NCBI GenBank assembly: GCA_028704885.1
Contig: JAQWEN010000001.1
Coordinates: 222,679 to 286,678, forward strand
Reading direction: 5' to 3'
Source of the DNA: Candidatus Shapirobacteria bacterium
GTDB lineage: Bacteria > Patescibacteriota > Microgenomatia > UBA12405
Length of the DNA stretch: 64,000 nucleotides
Every line of letters starts with the position of its first letter. Position 1 is the stretch's first letter. The notes beneath the pieces are model-generated. The model was not told the DNA's origin. It did no database searches and saw only the letters and a program-made list of their open reading frames with translations. The position numbers and the translations under genes were made by a program. Below are positions 17,622 to 26,428 of the stretch, in pieces.

Positions 17622-18536
17622 ATGGCAGAAAAAAAGAAAGTCATAACAAAAACCGTCAACCGAAGCGGAAAATCTTTGGTTAAAAAGGCTTTAGTGGTTA
17701 AAACTAAAACTCAGAGCAATATTACTTCGGAAAACATCAAAAAGATGAATGAAAAAGTAGCGGCCGAGAAAATTGCTTTGGAAAAGAAAAAAAATGAAGT
17801 AGACGAGACCGCCGACATTAAAACTATGGCGGTTAAAGAAGATAAGAAATATAATTTAACGATTGGATTAAAAGATTTATTAAATGCTGGAAGTCATTTA
17901 GGACACAAAATTTCTAAAACTCATCCAAAAGCTTTGGAAAATGTTTACACTCAAAAAGATGGAGTCCAAGTTTTTGATTTAGTTAAAACTCTTGATGCTT
18001 TAGAAAAAGCCTGCAATTTTATTTACAATGCTAAAAGAAATGGTAAACAAATTGCTTTACTTGGAACTAAAAGACAAGCCAGAGAAGTTGTCCGACGAGT
18101 CGCTATGGAAGCTGGAGTTCCTTATGTTACTGACAGATGGTTAGGTGGAACTATCACTAATTGGGAACAAATTAAAAAGAATATTAAAAAATTAACTGAT
18201 CTTAAAGAAGGTTTAGAAAAAGGTAAATTTGTTGAGGCGACCAAAAAAGAATTATCGGTTATGAACAAGGAAATTGCCAGATTAGAAAAAATAGTCGGTG
18301 GTTTGGTTAATGTTGATAAATTTTTTGATATTTTGTTTGTAGTTGATGCTGGTTTTGAAAAAACAGCTATTAAAGAAGCTAAAATTCGAAATGTTAAAAC
18401 TGTCGGAATAGTGGATAGTGATGCTAATCCTTTCAAAATTAACTTTGCCATTCCAGCAAATGATGACAGCGTCAAAAGTGTAACTTTAATTGTCGAAGAA
18501 ATTGGTAAGGCAATTAAGGCTGCAGGAGTTAAATAA
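17622..18536 (+). CDS. rpsB: 30S ribosomal protein S2 with long N-terminal extension
   Basis: AGSHLGH, GTKRQA, RWLGGTITN, IPANDD; AAGGA SD before ATG 17622. Confidence 0.96.
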   Translation: MAEKKKVITKTVNRSGKSLVKKALVVKTKTQSNITSENIKKMNEKVAAEKIALEKKKNEVDETADIKTMAVKEDKKYNLTIGLKDLLNAGSHLGHKISKTHPKALENVYTQKDGVQVFDLVKTLDALEKACNFIYNAKRNGKQIALLGTKRQAREVVRRVAMEAGVPYVTDRWLGGTITNWEQIKKNIKKLTDLKEGLEKGKFVEATKKELSVMNKEIARLEKIVGGLVNVDKFFDILFVVDAGFEKTAIKEAKIRNVKTVGIVDSDANPFKINFAIPANDDSVKSVTLIVEEIGKAIKAAGVK

Positions 18537-18587
18537 TAGATTTCAGACTATCAGTCTGTTAGATCTCAGTTAAAATTTAAATTAAAT

Positions 18588-19046
18588 ATGGATAATAACA
18601 AAATAATTGAATTAGTTAAAAAACTTCGAGCTGAAATGGGCTTGGGAATTATGGAAATTAAAGCAGCTTTGGAAGAGGCTGAAGGCGATGAAACAAAAGC
18701 CAAGCAAATTTTAAAAGAAAAAGGTTTTAAAAAAGCGGAAAGTAAGGCAGAAAGAGAAACTCATCAAGGAAGAGTGGCGACTTATACTCATGCCACCGGT
18801 AAAATCGGAGTCATGGTGGAATTGCTTTGTGAAACTGATTTTGTGGCTAAACATGAAGATTTTTTAGCCTTAACCAAAGAACTTTGTTTGCAAGTGGCCG
18901 CAATGAATCCGGAAACTGTTGAAGAATTAATGAAACAAGAATTCATTAAAGATCCAAGTAGAACCATTGAAGAAATGGTTAAAGCTTTGATTTCTAAATT
19001 CGGTGAAAATATGAAAATCAACCGCTTTGCTAGATTTGAAATCTAA
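18588..19046 (+). CDS. tsf: Elongation factor Ts, short form
   Basis: VKKLR..G.GIME.K.AL, CETDFVA, GENMKINRF. Confidence 0.96.
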   Translation: MDNNKIIELVKKLRAEMGLGIMEIKAALEEAEGDETKAKQILKEKGFKKAESKAERETHQGRVATYTHATGKIGVMVELLCETDFVAKHEDFLALTKELCLQVAAMNPETVEELMKQEFIKDPSRTIEEMVKALISKFGENMKINRFARFEI

Positions 19047-19067
19047 TCCTTCGACGTTGCTCAGGAT
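19046..19067. repeat. REP-like element (CTTCGAC..GCTCAG type)
   Basis: ATCCTTCGACGTTGCTCAGGAT. Confidence 0.5.
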
Positions 19068-19078
19068 AAAAATTGTCT

Positions 19079-19108
19079 AAAAACCCTCCGGAATTTCGGA
19101 GGGTTTTT
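19079..19108 (+). terminator. Rho-independent terminator of rpsB-tsf
   Basis: AAAAACCCTCCG-GAATTT-CGGAGGGTTTTT. Confidence 0.85.
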
Positions 19109-19164
19109 GATTGACATTTAATTAATAAGTTTTATTATTTTTTTAGCATTACTATTTTTTAATT

Positions 19165-19860
19165 ATGAAATATAAGGCTAAAAGTAAAAAATTGGGTAAA
19201 ATTAAATTCATGTTAACCCTCTTAGCTTTAAGTGGAGGATTATTGGTGGCAACAAAAATGGTGCAAACTAATCAAGAAAATAGAGGTAATGCTGTTGGTA
19301 GTACAGTTTACACGGGGTATTCGGTATTAAATAATACTTTGGAATGTAGAAATGCTGGTGGAATTTGCGCTACATTCAATACAGCTTCAACAAGTTATAG
19401 TTTATATAAAGGTACTTGTTCGGTAAATGGAGTTAGTGGAACTTTTATAACTGGAAAATGTGCTGGTGACTGGAGAACTACTTGCTGCAATACGGGAACA
19501 TCTTGCTATGTGGGAAATTATAGAATTCCTAATGGAGCTAAATTCTGCAATACTTTGGCTAAAACTAGAGTTTATGTTTGTAATAGTGGAAATATTGTTT
19601 ATCAAGGTTTAGATTGTTCTTCTAGGGGAAAAATTTGTGAAAATGGTAATTGTGTGACTAAACTTTCAGGGACTGATGCTGGGGCGGAAAAGTGTGTAAT
19701 TAAAGGTGGTAATTGTCAAACTAATTATGCTAGTTCAGGATTAATAGTTACACCGTCAGAGGGGACTGTGTGTATGATCGGGAATAAATTAGGAACTTTT
19801 AAATCTGGTTTGTGTAGTGGTAAATACATAACTGGATATCGATGTTGCGTTCCTAATTAG
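19165..19860 (+). CDS. Cysteine-rich secreted/membrane-anchored protein
   Basis: Basic N-terminus + TM + QENRGNA; 18 Cys in three 6-Cys modules. Confidence 0.8.
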   Translation: MKYKAKSKKLGKIKFMLTLLALSGGLLVATKMVQTNQENRGNAVGSTVYTGYSVLNNTLECRNAGGICATFNTASTSYSLYKGTCSVNGVSGTFITGKCAGDWRTTCCNTGTSCYVGNYRIPNGAKFCNTLAKTRVYVCNSGNIVYQGLDCSSRGKICENGNCVTKLSGTDAGAEKCVIKGGNCQTNYASSGLIVTPSEGTVCMIGNKLGTFKSGLCSGKYITGYRCCVPN

Positions 19861-19887
19861 GCTAAAAATTTTGGTATAATTTGGTAT

Positions 19888-20439
19888 ATGATAAATTTCA
19901 CCGACGTAAAAACTAGAATGGAAAAAATTAGTGCTTTGTTTGCTAATGATATTGCTTCAATAAGGACAGGAAGAGCAACTCCAGGATTAATTGAAAATGT
20001 AGTAGTGACGGTTTATAACGGCCAAAAAATGAAATTAATTGAATTAGGATCGATTGGAGTGCCAGATGTTCGCAGTTTAACTTTTGAACCATGGGATCAA
20101 CCAATAATAAGGGAAATTGCTAATGGAATTTCGGTGGCTAATATTGGAATGACACCAGTAGTAGATGGAAGTATTATTAGGATGAGCTTGCCAATGTTGA
20201 CAGTGGAACAGAGAGAAGATTATATAAAACTTTTGGGAAGAAAATTGGAGGGAGCTAGGGTGATGATTAGAGATGCTAGAGCTGATTTCAGATTTGATTT
20301 ACAAAAAGCTAAACAAGACAAATCGGTTTCAGAAGATGAACTTAAAAGAGATGAAACTGAGTTACAAAAAACAACTGATCTTTATGTGACCAAATTGGAA
20401 GAGATGGCCAAGAAAAAAGAATTGGAGATTAGAGGATAA
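19888..20439 (+). CDS. frr: Ribosome recycling factor
   Basis: IRTGRATP, PMLTVEQR, SEDE. Confidence 0.96.
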   Translation: MINFTDVKTRMEKISALFANDIASIRTGRATPGLIENVVVTVYNGQKMKLIELGSIGVPDVRSLTFEPWDQPIIREIANGISVANIGMTPVVDGSIIRMSLPMLTVEQREDYIKLLGRKLEGARVMIRDARADFRFDLQKAKQDKSVSEDELKRDETELQKTTDLYVTKLEEMAKKKELEIRG

Positions 20440-20441
20440 CT

Positions 20442-21479
20442 ATGGATTTGATAATTTTTATAGTAGCGCTGTCGATTTTAGTTTTGGTTCATGAATTTGG
20501 CCATTTTTTTGCGGCCAGAAGAACTGGAGTGAAAGTGGAAGAGTTTGGTTTGGGTTTGCCACCAAGAATTATGGGAAAGAAAATTGGAGATACTATATAT
20601 AGTATAAATTGGTTGCCAATTGGTGGTTTTTGTAAATTATATGGAGAAGATGGTGACGGCAAGGGTGGCGAAGCTTTTAATCATAAAAAACCATGGCAAA
20701 AATTAATAATAGTTTTGGGTGGAGTGTTGATGAATTTGGTCTTGGCAATTGTGATTTTTAGTGTGGTTTATACAATTTTAGGAATTCCAGAACAAACTGA
20801 TAAAGTGACAATCATTGGAATTTCAAAAGATTCACCGGCAGAAAAAGCTGGATTGAAAGAAGACGATGTTATTTTTAAGGTGGCAGACAAAGAAATTAAA
20901 AATCCAAATGAATTGACAACTGAAGTGGCAAAATATAAGGGGAAGGATGTTCAATTAATAATTAATAATAAAGAGATAGTTGTTAATGTTAGAGAAAATC
21001 CACCAGAAGGAGAAGGGGCAATTGGAATTGCAATTTCAAATACGGAAATGATAAAAGTGCCTTGGTATCGAATCGATAAAGAGATTATAGCTGGTTTTAA
21101 GGAAGCCTATTATTGGGGAAAAATTATAGCTGGGGGAGTGTTTAAAATGATTTCTGGATTATTTATGGGACAAGTACCAAAAGATGTTTCTGGTCCAATT
21201 GGAATGTATGAGGCGACCAGTTCAATTAATAAGAATCAAGGGTTTTTGGCAGTGGTTCATTTTTTTGGGATTGTGTCGGTTAATTTAGCGATAGTAAATA
21301 TTTTGCCTTTTCCAGCTTTGGATGGTGGCAGAATTATTTTTGTACTTTACGAAATGATCACTAAAAGAAAAGCCAATCAAAAATTAGAAATGGTGGTAAA
21401 CAATATTGGAATGATATTGCTTTTGGGATTGATCTTGTTGATAACAGTAGGGGATATTAGCCGAGTTTTGCAAAAGTAA
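20442..21479 (+). CDS. rseP: RIP metalloprotease RseP
   Basis: HEFGH, PDZ domain, NILPFPALDGG. Confidence 0.93.
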   Translation: MDLIIFIVALSILVLVHEFGHFFAARRTGVKVEEFGLGLPPRIMGKKIGDTIYSINWLPIGGFCKLYGEDGDGKGGEAFNHKKPWQKLIIVLGGVLMNLVLAIVIFSVVYTILGIPEQTDKVTIIGISKDSPAEKAGLKEDDVIFKVADKEIKNPNELTTEVAKYKGKDVQLIINNKEIVVNVRENPPEGEGAIGIAISNTEMIKVPWYRIDKEIIAGFKEAYYWGKIIAGGVFKMISGLFMGQVPKDVSGPIGMYEATSSINKNQGFLAVVHFFGIVSVNLAIVNILPFPALDGGRIIFVLYEMITKRKANQKLEMVVNNIGMILLLGLILLITVGDISRVLQK

Positions 21480-21570
21480 AATCAGCTGATTTTCAGGTGT
21501 TTTTGGAACTGATACGTTGACATGGTTTTTTAAAAGTGCTTTACTTTTCTATAAGATATTTTTTATAAAA

Positions 21571-23337
21571 ATGAAACAAAACAAAGGTATTTCCCAAATT
21601 ATGGTGATGCTTGTTATGTTGGTTTTAGCAATAGCACTTCCAATAACGACAAGATTAGTACAAAAGAGTCTGGAAAATAGAAGTAAAGCGACTATAGCTT
21701 TTTTAGATTATGCTGAAGTATGCACTGGAGATGCTAGTTGTAAACCACCATCTGGTCAAACTTCTGGTTTTTGTACAGATACTACACATTTAACTAATTG
21801 GCCATCTTTTAATAAAGGAGCTCCTCCTGTTTGTTCTTATGGATGGGGAAATAGTAGTAACACTAGACGTAATGAGGCTTGTATATCAGTAGGTGGTAGT
21901 TGTACTGAGGCATATGCAACTCCTTGGGGAAGTGATTGTAAAACAGATAAAGGTGTTGATGGTACTGTGGTTTGGAATTTGTGTTTGGCTGACCCCTATC
22001 TTGGTGTTGCAAGATGTTGTGTCCCTGATACTGTTTATGCTCAATGTGGGACTATTAATGATTCATGTGTTAAAGGAACGCTTACTCAAATGGATGATAC
22101 GGATACTCAATTTAAATGGAAATGTACGGGTTATGTAAATAAAGTAAGTGTTGAATGTAGTGCAGCTAAACCGGTCTGTACTACCGGTGATAAACAATGT
22201 TCCGGAACTAAACTTCAAACTTGTACCAATAATGCTTGGTCTGACACCACTGATTGTGGAGCTCTAGGTTGTAACTCAACTATTAAAGCTTGTAATGCTC
22301 AAGTCTGTACTACCGGATCGACGCAATGTTTGAATAGTAATACTAAACAAACTTGTGCCAATAATGCTTGGGGTGGAAATGAAACTTGTACTTATGGTTG
22401 TAGTGGTGGTACTTGTAGTAATCCAATTTGTGGTGCTACCGATAAGAAATGTTTAGATAATATATTACAAAAGTGTAATGCGGCTAGAACTGGTTGGGAA
22501 ACCGACACTGATTGTGGAGCTTTAGGCTGTAATTCAACTTCTAAAACTTGCAATGTATGTGTAAATGGATATCAAAAATGTAGTACGAGCGACAATTATT
22601 TTACCTGTAATGATGGTCAATGGTCGACTTCAACTACTGATTGCACAGGTGATAAAGTTTGTACTGATGGTGCAAATTCTGACTCTGTTTGTCATGATCC
22701 TGAATATGTGGCACCAAAATTAAATATGCAGATAGCTTTGTTGGGAGTAGGTGTTTCTGGTACGACACCTAAATGTTTGGGAGATATTAAATTAAAGATA
22801 AATGTATCTAAAGTTGGCCAGCCAGGAATTACTAGAGAAATAACAGCAACTAAGGTTGATGGTAAATTTTCAACTATAAAAACGGCTGGTGATGGTTATC
22901 AAGTTTATCAAGTTAGTAATTTTGCTCTTGATAACACTTTTGCATTAACAGATAAAATTTATATAAATATTACCGGGGCAAATAATAGTAATAATTTGAA
23001 ATTATTGACAACTCTTTATGGTAAAAATAATCAAACCGATGGTTTTGTGCCACAAGATGAAAGTCAGATATTAGTTTCTTCTTTAGTCAACAACACTTTA
23101 AATTTATATAATTATCCGATTTTAAATGGTGATATCGGTTCAGAAACTGCCAGTACTCAAGGAGATGGTGTTATAAATGGCTTTGATTTTGTGCATATGA
23201 AAAATCAATGGAATGAAAGTGTGACAGCTAATGAAACATTGAGGTCTGATTTGAATGGAGATTGTTTTGTCGACAGTATTGATCTTCAAATTTATAAGAA
23301 TTCGACATCGGTGCAATATAATGCAAAAACTTTTTAA
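21571..23337 (+). CDS. Cys-rich repeat surface protein with C-terminal dockerin
   Basis: KG|ISQIMVML N-terminus; tandem C-x6-C..C..W..C repeats; GD..GDGVINGFDF and DLNGDCFVDSID Ca-binding loops. Confidence 0.8.
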   Translation: MKQNKGISQIMVMLVMLVLAIALPITTRLVQKSLENRSKATIAFLDYAEVCTGDASCKPPSGQTSGFCTDTTHLTNWPSFNKGAPPVCSYGWGNSSNTRRNEACISVGGSCTEAYATPWGSDCKTDKGVDGTVVWNLCLADPYLGVARCCVPDTVYAQCGTINDSCVKGTLTQMDDTDTQFKWKCTGYVNKVSVECSAAKPVCTTGDKQCSGTKLQTCTNNAWSDTTDCGALGCNSTIKACNAQVCTTGSTQCLNSNTKQTCANNAWGGNETCTYGCSGGTCSNPICGATDKKCLDNILQKCNAARTGWETDTDCGALGCNSTSKTCNVCVNGYQKCSTSDNYFTCNDGQWSTSTTDCTGDKVCTDGANSDSVCHDPEYVAPKLNMQIALLGVGVSGTTPKCLGDIKLKINVSKVGQPGITREITATKVDGKFSTIKTAGDGYQVYQVSNFALDNTFALTDKIYINITGANNSNNLKLLTTLYGKNNQTDGFVPQDESQILVSSLVNNTLNLYNYPILNGDIGSETASTQGDGVINGFDFVHMKNQWNESVTANETLRSDLNGDCFVDSIDLQIYKNSTSVQYNAKTF

Positions 23338-23353
23338 AAATTAAACCTAAACA

Positions 23354-23962
23354 ATGGAAAACAATAATAAAATACTGAAAATTTTGATACCAATAATAGC
23401 AGTAGTAATTATTTTTGAAAGTGTAATGTTGGTATCTGGTTTAGAAAAAAGTAATATTGTAACAAAAGAATCGACTGGTTCGGCGGAAACAAAAAAGGAG
23501 GAAGTGGTAGTTGGTAATGCTTTTGATTTGGTTTTTTCGACTGATTCTAAAGAAATGAAGGTTGATAAAAATTATCAAATTAAGTTGCAAGGTTTAGTAA
23601 AAGAAAAAAATACTTTGGATGCAATTGATATTTCAATCAAATATGATGCTAAAAATTTAGATATTACTAATTTGGTTTTTGATGAAAAATTACCGAAACC
23701 ATTTATAGGTCAAATAATAAAAGAAGACGGAATGATAGTGGTGAAATATTTGATAGAAACCAAACAGGGGATGACTTTTAATGTTAATGACGTTGTCTCT
23801 TTGGTTAGTTTTAATGTTAAAACAAGAGTGGCTGGCAATTATGAATTTGAAGTTGCTACTGGTAATGAAGATAAAAAATTTGCTACTATGTTTATAGAAA
23901 ATACTTCGGCTAAGGCTTTGCCTTTCTCAGGTAATAAATTAGAAATTAATGTAATTAAGTAA
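23354..23962 (+). CDS. Membrane-anchored cohesin-domain protein
   Basis: N-terminal TM; LDAIDISIKYDAKNLDI cohesin beta-sandwich pattern. Confidence 0.7.
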   Translation: MENNNKILKILIPIIAVVIIFESVMLVSGLEKSNIVTKESTGSAETKKEEVVVGNAFDLVFSTDSKEMKVDKNYQIKLQGLVKEKNTLDAIDISIKYDAKNLDITNLVFDEKLPKPFIGQIIKEDGMIVVKYLIETKQGMTFNVNDVVSLVSFNVKTRVAGNYEFEVATGNEDKKFATMFIENTSAKALPFSGNKLEINVIK

Positions 23963-23964
23963 AA

Positions 23965-24678
23965 ATGAAAAAGACAATATCAAATTTATTATTGACGGGA
24001 GCTTTTTTATTGTTGTCTACTAAAGTTGTAGCTGCGGCTGACCCAAAGTTATATTTTAGCCCAGCAACTGGGAGCTATCATGTTAACGATACTTTTGCAG
24101 TGACGATGATGATTGATTCTGGGGCGATGGTGGCTGGAGCAGCAGATTTAGTGGGAACTTTTGATCCGGCGTTGTTAGAGATTACAAGTATAGAAACTGC
24201 TACTGATATGGCATTTAATAAGAGTGTTAGCGGTGGTTCTTGTTCAAATAATTCTACTGCAGAATGGGCTACTGGAAAATTCTCGGCTGTTTGTTATTCA
24301 TCAATGACAGCTGGTGATCAGATAACTACTGGAAATTTAATGGTGATTACTTTTAAGGCAAAAGCAGTGGGTACAGCAACGGTTGGTTATACTTGTGATG
24401 GTACTTCTGGTGATTCAAATATAACTCAAACATCACCAATTAAAGATATTATAGTTTGTTCAGCTAATGGCAGTGGTTCTTATACAATAACAGCTGCAAC
24501 TGGGGATGCGGCTACTCCAACACCAACAACTGGTTCTTCAACCTCTACTTCCACAACAGTTACACCTACAACTGTTCCAACACAATTACCTCAGACAGGA
24601 GGGGTGGCAACAACTGTTGGTTTGATTGTTTTCGGAGCTATTAGTTTTGCCTCAGCATTGTTTTTGAAATTTCTATGA
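23965..24678 (+). CDS. Cohesin-domain protein with Thr linker and LPXTG-type C-terminal anchor
   Basis: Signal peptide, LYFSPA..DTFAV..ADLVGTFDPALL, Thr/Pro linker, LPQTG + TM. Confidence 0.78.
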   Translation: MKKTISNLLLTGAFLLLSTKVVAAADPKLYFSPATGSYHVNDTFAVTMMIDSGAMVAGAADLVGTFDPALLEITSIETATDMAFNKSVSGGSCSNNSTAEWATGKFSAVCYSSMTAGDQITTGNLMVITFKAKAVGTATVGYTCDGTSGDSNITQTSPIKDIIVCSANGSGSYTITAATGDAATPTPTTGSSTSTSTTVTPTTVPTQLPQTGGVATTVGLIVFGAISFASALFLKFL

Positions 24679-25343
24679 AAGGTAAGGTTAACTTAAAAAC
24701 GATAATTATTTTTGCTATTTTGATTGTAGTAATTGTATTGTCGGTTTTATTAGTTGGGAAAGCCAAAACTTTTTTAAGTGGAGCAACAGCTGATTATGAA
24801 CCACAAAATTTATTGGCCGTTCCTAAAGAAGATGGTAAAACAGCAATGGTTTCTTGGACAACTGATAAAGAAGTGAAGGCTTCTGTTTTTTACGGAACTA
24901 ATATGGCAAGTTTGCTTTTAATGGCAGAAGATGTGGAAGTGGCAGTTGATCATAATATTTTATTAACAAATTTAAAGAGTAATACGACTTATTACTATAA
25001 AATAGTGGTCGACAATGACAATATTTTTGATAATGGGGGAATGATGTATAACTTTAAAACTAATGGTAGCGATGAAGTATTAGAACCAGTAGTTACAATT
25101 GAACCGACATTAGTTCCAACTTTAACAGCTTCTTCATCAAGTAGTTCAGCGATTAGTTCATCAACTTGCAACAGAACAACAGATTATAACAAAGATGGGG
25201 TAATTAATAGTGTTGATTATATTTCCTGTACAAAAGGAATAATTACTCCAACAGCTGAGGACGCTTGTGCTGGTGATTATAATAAAGATGGAGTAACTAA
25301 CAGCTTAGACAGAATAAAGTGTTTACAAGACACCAAAAGATAG
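24675..25343 (+). CDS. Membrane-anchored FN3 + dockerin protein
   Basis: VSWTTD..L.NLKSNTTYYY FN3 motif; DYNKDGVINSVD and DYNKDGVTNSLD duplicated dockerin loops. Confidence 0.82.
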   Translation: MKGKVNLKTIIIFAILIVVIVLSVLLVGKAKTFLSGATADYEPQNLLAVPKEDGKTAMVSWTTDKEVKASVFYGTNMASLLLMAEDVEVAVDHNILLTNLKSNTTYYYKIVVDNDNIFDNGGMMYNFKTNGSDEVLEPVVTIEPTLVPTLTASSSSSSAISSSTCNRTTDYNKDGVINSVDYISCTKGIITPTAEDACAGDYNKDGVTNSLDRIKCLQDTKR

Positions 25344-25384
25344 GTAAAATAAGAAACTTTAAATTAAAGGAGGTGTGAGTTTTA

Positions 25385-25603
25385 ATGCCAATTATAGTAA
25401 AGAAAAATAAAGGTGAATCAAAAGACGATATTATCGGTAAATTTAGAAGGCTTTGTTTGGAAGAGGATATTACTGAAGAAGTTAGAAAAAGAACTTCTTA
25501 TGTAAAACCATCTGAAGAAAGATATGCTAAAAAGAAAATAATTGTTTGGCGAGATAAATGTCGCAGAAAAGCAAAAAATTCCAGAAGACACGATGCGAAA
25601 TAA
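25385..25603 (+). CDS. rpsU: 30S ribosomal protein S21
   Basis: GES...I.KFRR, YVKPSEER; AAGGAGGTG SD. Confidence 0.9.
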   Translation: MPIIVKKNKGESKDDIIGKFRRLCLEEDITEEVRKRTSYVKPSEERYAKKKIIVWRDKCRRKAKNSRRHDAK

Positions 25604-26024
25604 ATTAAAACAAGACAGTTTTGATGCGTTAAAAAACCGTGATAATAAACGGGTGGATGTGTTGCGATTTTTAATTTCATTAATTGATAAAAAAGAATTG
25701 CAACTGCCACCCGGTGATATGACAGAAGTTGAAGAAATTGGAGTTTTGAGAAAAGAGTTAAAAAATAAAGAAGAATCGAGAGAAATGTTTTTAAAAGCGG
25801 GAAGACAGGATTTGGTCGATCAATTAGACTATGAAATAGTGGTGGTTAAAGAATATTTACCGGCAGAAATTAGTGAAGAAAAAATTACCGAGATTGTAGT
25901 TCAAGCGATTGCCAATAATGGTAATAATTTTGGATTAATCATGAAGGAAGTTATGACTAAAACCGGTGGAAGTGTTGACGGAGGAGTAATTTCCAAGATA
26001 GTTAAAGAAAAAATAAATGGATAA
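25593..26024 (+). CDS. GatB/YqeY domain protein
   Basis: ALK.RD..R..VLR, AGRQDL, YLP, FG.IMK.VM; typical position after rpsU. Confidence 0.88.
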   Translation: MRNKLKQDSFDALKNRDNKRVDVLRFLISLIDKKELQLPPGDMTEVEEIGVLRKELKNKEESREMFLKAGRQDLVDQLDYEIVVVKEYLPAEISEEKITEIVVQAIANNGNNFGLIMKEVMTKTGGSVDGGVISKIVKEKING

Positions 26025-26379
26025 TTTGGTTTTGATAAATCACAATAAAAACTGGGGATTAAATGAGAGTTTAGTTGAAAAATTGGCAAAAAAAGCACTA
26101 AAAGAAAAAGGATTTAATGAAAATGTAGAATTGAGTATTAGATTTGTGGGAAGAAAAGTTGCCCGTGATTTAAATGTGAATTATAGAAAGATGAGTTATA
26201 TTCCTCAAGTTTTAGGATTCCCGATGTCAAAAGAGGAGGACGCTGATGGAAAAATTAGATTGGGAGATATTGTAATTTGTACTCAAAAACTGAAGTATGA
26301 GGTTGAATTTCAAAAGTCGAATTTGGATGTTGTTTTATATAGTTGGCTGGTTCATGGGGTTGAAAATTTGTTGAAATGA
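26017..26379 (+). CDS. ybeY: rRNA maturation factor YbeY, degenerate
   Basis: LN..YR, VLGFP, LGDIVIC; ends LVHGVENLLK. Confidence 0.8.
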   Translation: MDNLVLINHNKNWGLNESLVEKLAKKALKEKGFNENVELSIRFVGRKVARDLNVNYRKMSYIPQVLGFPMSKEEDADGKIRLGDIVICTQKLKYEVEFQKSNLDVVLYSWLVHGVENLLK

Positions 26380-26428
26380 TATAGTTGCGATTATTGTAAA
26401 AGACTAGCTATTTTGGTTTAATCTTTTG

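Noticed and set aside
19165-23337. Diversity-generating retroelement acting on the Cys-rich genes
   Set aside because: No reverse transcriptase, and no TR/VR pair with adenine-specific mismatches was seen
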